Positions 53,680-64,000 of a DNA stretch of 64,000 nt are shown piece by piece. The stretch is from Basidiobolus meristosporus CBS 931.73 (Eukaryota > Fungi > Basidiobolomycota). Position numbers and translations under genes: made by a program. Where the stretch lies: contig MCFE01000011.1 of the NCBI GenBank assembly GCA_002104905.1, forward strand, positions 124,001 to 188,000. The letters are read 5' to 3'. Numbering within the stretch: position 1 is the first letter of the stretch; the number at the start of each line of letters is the position of its first letter. Under the pieces are notes generated by a model. It was not told the origin of the DNA and did not search any database. It saw only the letters and a list, made by a program, of their open reading frames with translations.

Positions 53680-54722
53680 TTAGTGGCATATTAGTGCTCT
53701 AGGCTGGTAAGCTGGTGGTGGTTCACACCACATTGCAACTGCATCATCATAACTAGGTAAAGCATTTGCAATTTCGCGTTGTTCCGCGGATTGAACAATA
53801 ACTGGTAATTCAAATTCGATATTGCCGCGCTTTCCGTGATTCTCCTGGAATTTCACTTTAATGTGGACGCAGTGTGTGACGGAAATAAACCCGGTTTGAC
53901 AGTGCAATTTCGCGTGATTTGGAATATCCAGGCACATGTTTTCCGTAGCAATATCAACTTGATCTGTTGGAAGTATGCGCGTCGAGTGTGACAATTTTAC
54001 AGTCTCGACTGAAGGTAAGCGCGTAATCGGATGTTTGTATACTATCGTCTCAACAAGACTGAGATACACCTTTTCTGCCCGTGCAGCATCATTGACCGCC
54101 AAGAAGTCCAACGTCATCTTCAACTGCTCACTGGGCAAGTAAACAGACTTGGCTAGTGATACACTATAGTGGACTGAACGACACCATGTACCCCTAGCGG
54201 AAGTCTTGAGACGAGCAGTTTCATATGAGCACACTCTTTGTAGCTTCAATTCCTGACTATGCTTGAGATTGGTGTGCGGGAACGGACGAATAACTACTGC
54301 GGAAATCATATATGAGATTTTGCCGTGAGGTAGATCAACGGACTCTGGTAGATCGCCGCTAAGAGGTAGGTTAAAGTCATAGCGGTGCTCCTGAGTACCA
54401 AGATGATGTAGAGAGTGTGGTGCTGAGTCCAAGAGTACAAGTTTATCACGTATGACCGTTTTTTCAGAACCGTATAAATCTAATGGAAATAATATTTAGT
54501 GAATAGCTACAGGAGGTTATGAATGAACTCCAACAAACCTTGGTTGTTGTCAATACTAAGTGTACCGTGGAGCTTCAGGAGTATTTGTTTGACTTTCGTT
54601 GCTTTCGAAGGGCGATATATCACAGTGCCAGAAACTACAGTGCCTGGCGAATCCTCAGGGGAGCCTCTCAAGACGATGTTGTCGTTATGTAAGTGAATAT
54701 TTAGCATTATTATGGTGTGCAA
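53680..54722 (-). CDS. Alpha-arrestin, 2 exons (54722-54539, 54479-53680)
   Basis: IVLRGSPEDSPGTVVSGTV, YDFNLPLSGDLPESV, GKISYMISAVVIRP, HCQTGFISVTHCV; LPSY and PPAY motifs. Confidence 0.88.
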
Positions 54723-57700
54723 CTAGTGATGCGATTTATTAGAATGCAGCCAGATCTTTCGAAGCAGCGACGGGGGGCGCGAGAATGCAAATGATATATG
54801 AACAACGAAAGAGAATGTGAGAGTACTTGACTTTAGGAGCGTAAGCGGTTATTTATAACTTCGACAACCGCTAATTATTTGAATCGCGAGGTGTCTCTCG
54901 TGGAAGAAGTTTTGTCCGAGAGGTGCCAACGCCCCACCAATGGAACCAATCACCCATTCAGTGACATATTTAGGTTTTGGTTAAACGATATCCCGCTCCC
55001 ATAAGTGTATTTTGATGTTCAACCACAATTCCTAAAATAGCCTAGAGTTGGCGAACATAACGGGGTGACTTATTCTTACATTTTTGGCTGATCAAACATC
55101 ATCTATGAAGTTAGATTTAACAAGCATATAAACCAGTTTTGAGTGGAATTATGTTGATCAGAATTCGCGGATATATATCAGTGAGTGGCCATTCCCATAT
55201 ATAGTATATTCGCATTTGGATGAAGCTGTAAGGCATTGGATTGGTGCATCACGCTGAGGTATTCGTTGTACGTAAATAGGCTCTATGGTGATGGTTGAGT
55301 TTGATTATCGCAATCCGTCTAAATGAACATCCGAGCTATCGTTTCAACGCACAAGCAAAACACCTCAATAGTGTCGACACCGCTGTGCTTGACTATCAAT
55401 GTATTGAATGATAAGGCAGCAGCGATACAAATGATGAAACCCATCTCGTTATTCATTCCGCCCTATTTCTGAAACAGCTAGCACAGTTGCAAGTGTGGGA
55501 AAGCTGGGAGGTGAATCATCCCATCACACAATGTTACAGAAGTAACAACCGTTACAAGGCTGGATTAGATCGGAATTTTGAAGCATGCTTCAAACAGATG
55601 GCTAATGCTCAATAGTGGTGTCACGCTAATTGATCAGCTGAAGTACTCTCCAGGTTGGGATTTCACTGCATCTCCAAGCAGAGCTGGCATTTAATTCCAT
55701 GACACTTGAGCAGTGGTTGACACTACCAGCCCTACTTTAAGCCATGTGCACTAGGATTATTGATTACCCACACTGCACATATGGCGATGAGCTGATATGA
55801 GTAATGTACAGCTCAGTTTCCCATATTAGGCCTGGGTGAGGGGGATTCTCATTGGTCAATAAGAATCTCACAATGATGATCGCTCGGTCTAGACTGGGAG
55901 GTCCATCGGCATCCCGATCTGCCAAAATGAGTCTATTCCTTCAGAAACAGCCATATCCAGATATTTGTTCACCATATACGATGATTTCCGAAACACAGTA
56001 TAAATATATGTGGCGAATATATATGGGGAGAGAGCTTTCGCTGGTTAAATCACCAACATTAGAATTTGGATGGTGCTATGAATTGGGAACGCCATTTAAG
56101 CTCGGATATGTCGAGATCAGTTCGTAAAATGCTTGCAGCAACGGAGTATAGCGGAATTCGCGGAGTCTGAGACGATGTGGATTGCAAGTACACTGTGCAG
56201 TGATGATCCTATCTCCTTGCGGATTTCCATCTCCAGACTGGCTTCATTTGACACATTCCAATTGCAAATGTGGAATGGAGATAAAGGGATGAATATTGGC
56301 TCATACCCAAGGTCAAGCATCATCGCAGCACTGACCCGATCTTGTTGAAATAATTACGTTTCCTGCTGGGGTCATTTGAAACTGATTAGCTGGTTGGAAG
56401 CGCTTGTGCCAGTGTGAGATCCATACATAATCGGGTGTTTATTCAGCTGCTACAGAGAAGATAATCTCAAATCCAGATGCTAAAATTCTGTAGTACACTC
56501 CCAGCACAATCTTCAAGACAAACCAAGTTGGTTAGGTACAGACTGGTTCACAAGACTCAACAGAGCCTGATTTAGTTGCAGGACAATGATAAACATTCTT
56601 CCGAAAAATGATCCTGCATGTTATTTGGCGGATGGGATGTATGTGAAGCTGTGCATACCTCTTCTGCCAACACCATTTTAGTAGAGCACCAGCAACAAAT
56701 AGGTCAGTGTTCCGAGCTTGGCTCTAGAATAATGTGGCTGTATAGCCTTGAAATAGATATATTAATATATATGGCGGATTCATTCTTATCAGCTTGATAC
56801 ACTATATAAATTGTGCGTGGAGGTCATATGGTGAGTGGGAGCTTGGGACTAGATAGAATAGACTATTAGAGCACATGGAGTGGCAATATATGTATAGTGC
56901 CTTGCGAAAATTAGTAGTGCATCACGATAAGCAACCTTACATATCACCAATACATGTTTATAGGATAGACACATGGAACAATGATATTCCAATTCCTGAA
57001 GAATCCAGACGCAGGATAAAATGAGCACGATGTATACAATTATTGATATTGAATTACTATATTGAAGCTACATGTTGATGGCTATCTTCAAACGACGATT
57101 ACATTGATATGGTGCAGTCTTTGCCAAATACTGAAAGGATGCGGATATGCTTGTTCTTGAAACTCGATACCCTTCTGTCAACCAATTGAATGCATGCCAG
57201 ACGGACAAATATGTCTCCTTCAATGTCAATAATCAGCTGAGATTGCTTAATTGGGTAAATGGCCTCTAGGAATGGTGCCTTCTTACATCGTAGTACATTG
57301 TATGTCTATACCGAAATTTAAAAGTACCTCCAAACCTCTCGTGACTATGTACGTACTTAAAAATAATGCACTATGTCTCCCAAACAGTGTTCTATCAATA
57401 GCTTGTTGAAATTGCACTAGGAGATGAAAGATGTCGTGTTGAGGTTGAAGTAAACTTCGACGTCTTTGAACTGTTTGATATATACTTTTTAAAACTTACA
57501 TTTTGAGAATATCTCTATTATAATTGGGTCTGTGTATTTGAGGCGTACATGTGGAAATACATTGAAGCGGAATTTAATAGCTCCTTTAATCATTTAATTG
57601 GTGTGTGCATGTACTTTTATCAGAATCTTGTAAAAACCTAAACCGATGTGTTATGAGCGAGCGGCTCTTTGAAAGTCCGAACTACGTCCAATGGTAAAGT

Positions 57701-58216
57701 TGGTCCATAATTTAATAAAGTATGGAATATAATTGAAGATCCATCGAGTTACTAAGCTATTTATTATTCATTTATCATAATTCCATGTTTAGTCAGTTAG
57801 ATATGAAATCGAGCTGAATAATTAGTCTCATTTCATATAATGAGATATACTTCCGAAGTATGGGAATATAACAAGAGATATTTCAAACTTGCCCAGACTT
57901 CGCACACATCTTTTCAATAATATCCTATCAAAACCAATAACTAGAAAGTCTCGCTCCTTGTTTCCGATCTCAACTTAATAGCTACTCATGTCATATAATC
58001 AACACTCGTTGAGATTTAAGTAATGAAAGCTTACTAAATTCTTGGGACTCTACGTACTACTTAAGCAGCTAGGCCAATATAAAGTTTAATATCCTGGCTC
58101 GATAGAATCCCAAATATCAATTAATTTCTGAGAGTAGTGTTTAGATAAAAATAACCAAGTTGATGGTCTGAGAAAAGTATGCATTAGATGGTAGATTCAT
58201 CAAGTGGACACATTTT

Positions 58217-58470
58217 TGTTGTAAGAGTCTTGTAGACATCGGAGGTGATTGAAGAACAAGAGACTTACCAAATGCAATAGTAGTATTTACAATTATACTT
58301 GGTCCTGGTAAAATAAATGCATATGATAGATCTGGAAACATCTAAGAGCATTGGTGTAAAGTTTGGGGCCATTGGTCAACTTTGAGATTATTGATGTTCT
58401 GGGTACATGATAGCTTAGTAAAATATTCAAACTACATCCTGACAAAATTTGAGTAAGATATTCCGCCATT
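58217..58470 (-). repeat. More diverged copy of the unidentified repeat
   Basis: TGTTGTAAGAGTCTTGTAGACATCGGAGGTGATTGAAGAACAAG...AAAGTTTGGGGCCATTGG...TTCTGGGTAC. Confidence 0.75.
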
Positions 58471-58655
58471 CATAGAGTATTATATAAGTGACCAGGATAA
58501 TGAGATACTTAGTTCTAGTACAAAGTTTATAACACTCCCACTCAGCTATATTCATATATAAATCAACTAAGACCAATTGTGATGCAAGATACTCAATTAT
58601 GTATCCAGCTAACCTTATGAGCAACAGATTGGTTCTGTGAGTGGATCCATTCTAG

Positions 58656-59000
58656 TGTTGTAAGAGTTTTGGAGATATTGGAAGTGATTAGGAGAACAAG
58701 TAGATTAGGTGGTTTTCAATTAATGATTTATTGAATATAAAAGTATTATTTATACTTTTACATGGTCTAGTCAAAACAAGCATACTGAATATGCTTCAGA
58801 AGGTCCCAAGAGCACGTGTTTAGGGTTTGGGGCTGTTTAGGCAGCTTTGAGAGTTTTCACATTCTGGGTACCTGATGTTTTGGTGAAAATATTCCAAGTA
58901 AATCCCAACAAGGAATTTGCTCAGAATTATCTAAGAATTGTAGGTAATGATCTAGGTGACTAAGGTGAATATTTATGTGCAATTACAAATTTTTGCAGCA
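58656..59000 (-). repeat. Copy of the unidentified repeat
   Basis: TGTTGTAAGAGTTTTGGAGATATTGGAAGTGATTAGGAGAACAAGTAGATTAGGTGGTTTTC...GTAAATCCCAACAAGGAATTTG. Confidence 0.88.
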
Positions 59001-59824
59001 TTCAGCAGGCTTATGATGGCCTTTTGACAGCCTTATGGTGGCCAGCTGCTTTTGTTGTATAATACCACCAAACCCATTTACCCAAGGTTTTATGCTATTG
59101 ATGCCTGTTTATCAGTGTCAACATTAATGCATGTTGTAAGATTTGTGATTACACTTAAATAGTTGCTTAAGTTAATCCCTAAACCAGCTCACTGTACAAT
59201 ACTTCCAGTTCTCCACATCCTCTATGAAAAATCTCATACTTGGAATTCACCTGATAATCTGCCGGTAATTTTCTGCTATTCTGCTCCTATTTAACCCAGT
59301 GTCCTTCTAGAAAATATGTCTGCTTGTCTGCCAAATAGCTAGCACCTGAGATATTAAGAGTTGTAAGTTAAGAGAAACTTGGAATTCAGCTGATATTTTG
59401 AAGGTATTGTGCTGGGCTTTAGTTTATTTTTTTTCTTAGGGATATTGATCATTTGCAGTAGGTTTGTGTTAGGCTATAAGATCGCGCCCATCACATGAAG
59501 TACATGCACCGAATAGTATCATCTGATGCTTTGGAGGGAGCGAATAATTTACCATACTCCTACTTGGTACAATCAAGGAGCTTACACTTTATTCCTATAT
59601 ATGTTCAACTCCCATCAGTATTTGCTGTCGCGCGATGTTACATTGATATCGAATGTTGAGGGTGGATAATTTATTTGAACCAGATGTACCTTCACTACCT
59701 AAAATCCAAAATTTATATACATAGGTAGCAGTGAAATATATACAGGTAACACGGGTGTGTTGTGCTGAAGAGCTTGGTTATACCAACCTCCATAACAAGC
59801 AGGAGATTTGCCAATTACGATTTC

Positions 59825-60907
59825 TCACGATATCTTGGTGTAGTCTGGGGGGATTTCAGCGTATGGTGGAGGTAAGGAATGTCGTATCGTTTCAGACATG
59901 TTTTCCAATGTCACATTGTTCGTGCGAACAACTGGCTTGTATATAGGTGGTGAATTGGATAGCTCATATTGAGCTTCAGAGCGAATCACAAATGGAGTAT
60001 CAATATAGAACCACCAGCGACGCTTATGATTATCCGTAAGCTTTACTTTTGCCACCAGCAAGTGGGAGACTTCGATGACATCAGTTTGGCAATCAGGATG
60101 GGCTAGCTCAGGCACCTGGATGGTCATGGAGAATTTGGCCTCGCCGATGGTAAATTTGGGGATCGACTGACTAACTTCACACAATCTCTCGGCCTCATAT
60201 GCTGGGCAGGGAAGATGGTCGGAATACTTTGCAATCTCTTTGATCGACAAAGTGATGTCGGTGATGAAGAAATTAGTGTCTTGAACGATGAAGGTAAAAT
60301 GCAGTGGTATCACACTCCCGGGCATGTAGTGTATCTTTGGTATGGTTGCAGCGTAGCGTAAGCTATTGGCCCAACGCCCGATGGAAGAGATCTCTCCCGA
60401 CAAGTCTCCGCCAAAATCGAAATAGGCTCTCTGAATCTTGACGGATAATTCCTTGCGAAGGTTTCGAACCAACGGAGGGCGCTCAATGGTGGCGACAAGG
60501 CGATATGAAATCCGACCATTAGGGACATTCACTGAAACTGGCAGATTTCCTCTGATAAGATATTCGAAGGGGAACTCGTAGGTTTCATTGGCAAGAAGGG
60601 TATGCAGCGTGCTTCCGGCATTCGTGAAAGTCCAATGATGCTCGAGGAAGTTCACTTGTTGCCAAATCTCTGGAGTTTGATTAGGATTAGTATGCACGCC
60701 TACTATTACCATCTAGTAGAGCTGTTACAACACGTTACCTCGAAAGTTCTTGAGCTCAATCTTTCCTTGAAGCTTCAACATCACCGCCTTGACCCTGATG
60801 GTTTTGTTCGGTTTTATGATTACGATTCCGTTCAAGACACTGCCAACTGATTCTTCAGGCGGGCCGTGCAAGATTAAAGGGTCATCACGCAGACGAATCT
60901 CGATCAT
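59825..60907 (-). CDS. Alpha-arrestin, 2 exons (60907-60739, ~60699-59825)
   Basis: LILHGPPEESVGSVLNGIV, YEFPFEYLIRGNLPVSV, GRISYRLVATIERP, DCQTDVIEVSHLL; PPIY, PPPY and PPDY motifs. Confidence 0.9.
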
Positions 60908-62819
60908 TTCCTTCCTCGAGTGTTGGAATCTGGGATTCACAGTACAGAGTCTGTGGCTAGGCTTCGTTCAGGGTAGCAGGTATATATAACAGGCGGATCG
61001 ATTCGTCGAATGTTGAACAATCATGGCGGAAAGGCGACATGTAACTATACCGAGAAAAACTGTGCTACCTGAGCCTTTGAAATGTATTTCCTTTGAGTAC
61101 AATTGCATTATGTGGATAGTTCCTGTGGTGTTGCCCGAAGAAAAATTTGAGTGCGATCTTGATGTGTAGTACGATTTTGATGAAGGTGATAAAATATATG
61201 GAAGCGCCTGTTTGTAGCAGGGATTCAGCCTACAGGAACGGCTTCGCACCAGTTATAGAAAATTGCCACCAGCGTGCCTGCGAGGAGTTGCGATTCGGAA
61301 TCCATGAGATTGTACAGTACATATATCAGCAAAAGCTCTGGCATGTTTCCCTAAGCAGGAAAACCCACCACGCATCACTTGAGAATGTAGCCCCATGATT
61401 GCTGGCACATGTTGCAGTTGAATCCCTTTCTCAAAGCATGGGATGATGTATAGGATGCATCAACGATTTGGGAGCCCGCATAGGGCAAGCAACTCCCCAC
61501 TTGTCGGACACACTGTGAACATAATATCAATTGTGATCATTGGCTAATTGGTAACAAGGCCAGTAGGATTTTGAAGAATATGCTGAACACCAGGTAGTGC
61601 TACATAGTGACCGTGTAACATAGTGATGGATACCATATCGATGGGTCCCTGTTTCAGGTAATCTTCCTAATGGTATAGAATAAAGTTGTTGATTCACATG
61701 CTGATTATGCCCAACTCAATTTCCCCTAGAACTGATTTAGATCGATCCAAACTAGGTGCAACATATCCTGGTAACAGCAATTTCGAAGTTATATCAGTGT
61801 TGTGTATATTGATATCCTCAGCGCAACATCGATAGCATCTAGGTTGGTGTTGGCTGGTGAAAAAGCGATGAGATCTGATTTTGGCTTACGATCAGATATT
61901 GTTGGGATCTTATTCGACTGAGTGACATGATATCCCACTCTAAGTTGCCATGTCTTCATCGTTCACAAGGCCCAACACTCGCCGGGTCCGTCAATAAGGT
62001 ACTTGATGTTACCTTATGATACGCTCATTCCTATAAGATTCCGGACCATAAGCCAACCAGAGCACTTTGCTATGCTGGAGATCATGCATGGGCGTGGTAT
62101 GTTTTGACTTTCATGGTCTGGTGAAGACTGGTAGTAAAATATCATCATTACATACAACCTCAACTACGTTATTACTAAAAATACGCGGATAACTATTGTT
62201 TGGTCGGGACTCGGCTGCAACAATGGACCTTAAGAGTCAGCTTTCACACGATGCATCCCTGACAAATTGATCTTCACGTTAGGAGTATTCTCTTCCATCT
62301 AATTCGCCATACAATCGATTTGGATAAATATGCTTCAACCCTGCATGGATTTATAGGTTTCTTAATCTTGATGTAAGATCCCAAGGTAAGCCAACTTCTA
62401 GGTTATACGCAGACTAATCATTGGCAGAGATATGCATAATAAATGAAATAGCAATGAATGAAAATCGAATTATACTTGTATCCATTATAAGTCATATTGA
62501 AGTGACCAGTGCTGTGGTAAGAGGTTGATCTCTAAATGGATGTCACCCAAGTAGATGGGAGAGACTCAAACCTCCCTGTCTACTAGTCCACATATTTTCA
62601 AGGAATGTGAAAAGAAGTAGGAGAATTCCTGCAAGTGGGAGAATATAAAAATCGAGGGATTGTACCGGTATATCATTTCAATAATCAATCCCACTCGTTT
62701 TCTGACACTTCGTTTGAATCCCTGTCTTTCTTAATTCCCGGTGGCTGCTAATAGATAAAGTTACTCTACACCAAACTCTAGATCGACAAATCCCGGATTA
62801 CTCATAGGTCTTCTGAGTC

Positions 62820-63785
62820 ATGAGGTGGTCTTGTCATCCATTCCTAACTACCTCTGTGCTAGTACTTTTCATTACAAATTGCAATGCGAACACCAGCAGA
62901 TTCACTTTCGAAAAATCCTGGTCGCCACATTCCTTGAATTTGACCGAGTGGAATTTCCGTGGCGGCTCGAAAACCTCGTTTGGTAGCGTGTCAACGACAC
63001 AAGACCCCTTCGGCAAAAATAATGATACCTGTTACTCGATTTTCTACGCAAAACAAAGCTATGGAATAGAGGGTGGCAATAACAGTGGTGTCCACGTGAA
63101 CTGTAAGCCATTGGAGGACCAGCGTGCTAATCGAGCGATGCTCAGCTACGAGGTTGGTTTTCCAGCGGATTTCAATTGGGTTAAAGGAGGAAAGTTGCCA
63201 GGTTTATTTGGGGGATCGATCAGCTCGGGATGCACTGGTGGTCGTGAGGCCAATGGCGGAAACTGCTTCTCCATGAGACTAATGTGGCGTGGTGGAGGAG
63301 TCGGTGAAGTGTATGTCTATCTACCCAAAGTGCTCAACACTGACCTATGCGCAAGATCCGATGTTACATGCAACATGGAGTATGGCTCATCGATTGGCAG
63401 GAATTTCAAATTCAAGGCCGGTTCCTGGACCAAGATAGAGCTGTTCGTTCAATTGAATACGGGCAGCGAGCAAAATGGCTACTTGAAATTGTACATTGAT
63501 GGGGAGTTGCGAGTGGATGTAAATAAGCTCATTTATCGTACCTACGACGATATGTTTGTTGATACCATTGAGTTCAGCTCCTTCTTTGGCGGTTCAACTC
63601 CAAACTATGCCACTCCTGTGGACACCAATATCTTCGTCAAGAATATTCAGTTCCAGATCGATTCGGGACTTTTGAATAATAGCTTGATCGCATTAGACAG
63701 TTCTTCAGTTGTAGCAACTTCCCTCGGTTACACCAACCTTATAATGGCCGCAATTTTTGTATTACTAATTTCTACAGCTATATAG
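62820..63785 (+). CDS. Polysaccharide lyase family 14 (alginate/glucuronan lyase-like), secreted, probable GPI anchor
   Basis: Signal peptide, LSYEVGFPADFNWVKGGKLPGLFGG, CFSMRLMWR, GEVYVY, W..IELFVQLN and FSSFFGGS; Ser-rich spacer and hydrophobic C-terminus. Confidence 0.88.
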   Translation: MRWSCHPFLTTSVLVLFITNCNANTSRFTFEKSWSPHSLNLTEWNFRGGSKTSFGSVSTTQDPFGKNNDTCYSIFYAKQSYGIEGGNNSGVHVNCKPLEDQRANRAMLSYEVGFPADFNWVKGGKLPGLFGGSISSGCTGGREANGGNCFSMRLMWRGGGVGEVYVYLPKVLNTDLCARSDVTCNMEYGSSIGRNFKFKAGSWTKIELFVQLNTGSEQNGYLKLYIDGELRVDVNKLIYRTYDDMFVDTIEFSSFFGGSTPNYATPVDTNIFVKNIQFQIDSGLLNNSLIALDSSSVVATSLGYTNLIMAAIFVLLISTAI

Positions 63786-64000
63786 AAGCGTAATTCATAA
63801 AGTGATCGACCGGAGAGCCCTTGTTTATTCCCAATCATAAAATGTAGTAAAATCAACATTTAAACACATCCCTGGGTTATTGTTTCTCTATATCATACAT
63901 GACTTCGCCAATCACGGCCGCCGCTTAGCCTGAAAGTTAGGGCTATGTTCTAGTCAAGATTGGAAACGAATAGAGAATACGGACATTGCTTGATCTTTGA

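Noticed and set aside
55852-57700. Short ORFs in the long intergenic region between arrestins
   Set aside because: No recognisable motifs or repeat match; treated as intergenic or decayed DNA.

Overview
Eukaryotic, intron-containing fungal DNA with short GT-AG introns (about 40-90 nt). It looks like an early-diverging fungus (Zoopagomycota/Mucoromycota, Basidiobolus-like); this is inferred from gene content and style, not tested. The left ~36 kb is a gene-dense block: TCP11/SOK1-family protein, GT49 glycosyltransferase, COP9 subunit 7, lunapark, GPD1, MFS monocarboxylate transporter, 7TM-RGS protein, SLC26/SulP transporter, MYST acetyltransferase and a Ras. The right ~28 kb mixes intact genes (PGS1, PAP2 phosphatase, three alpha-arrestins, GPI-type PL14 lyase) with CpG-poor decayed DNA holding an unidentified ~350-bp repeat family and an arrestin pseudogene. 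Best novelty candidates: (1) three paralogous, intronless 120-150 aa orphan proteins sharing an N-terminal hydrophobic+Cys segment and a C-terminal D[YF]xx[DN]L..LR...FD...T[VI][KR]FTLTP module; (2) a 7TM-RGS whose GAP-critical residues appear substituted; (3) a Ras with a rewritten effector loop; (4) a local birth-and-death alpha-arrestin array interleaved with the repeat family. No rRNA, tRNA, CRISPR array or recognisable intact transposase was seen. Exon boundaries were read by eye; some are approximate.
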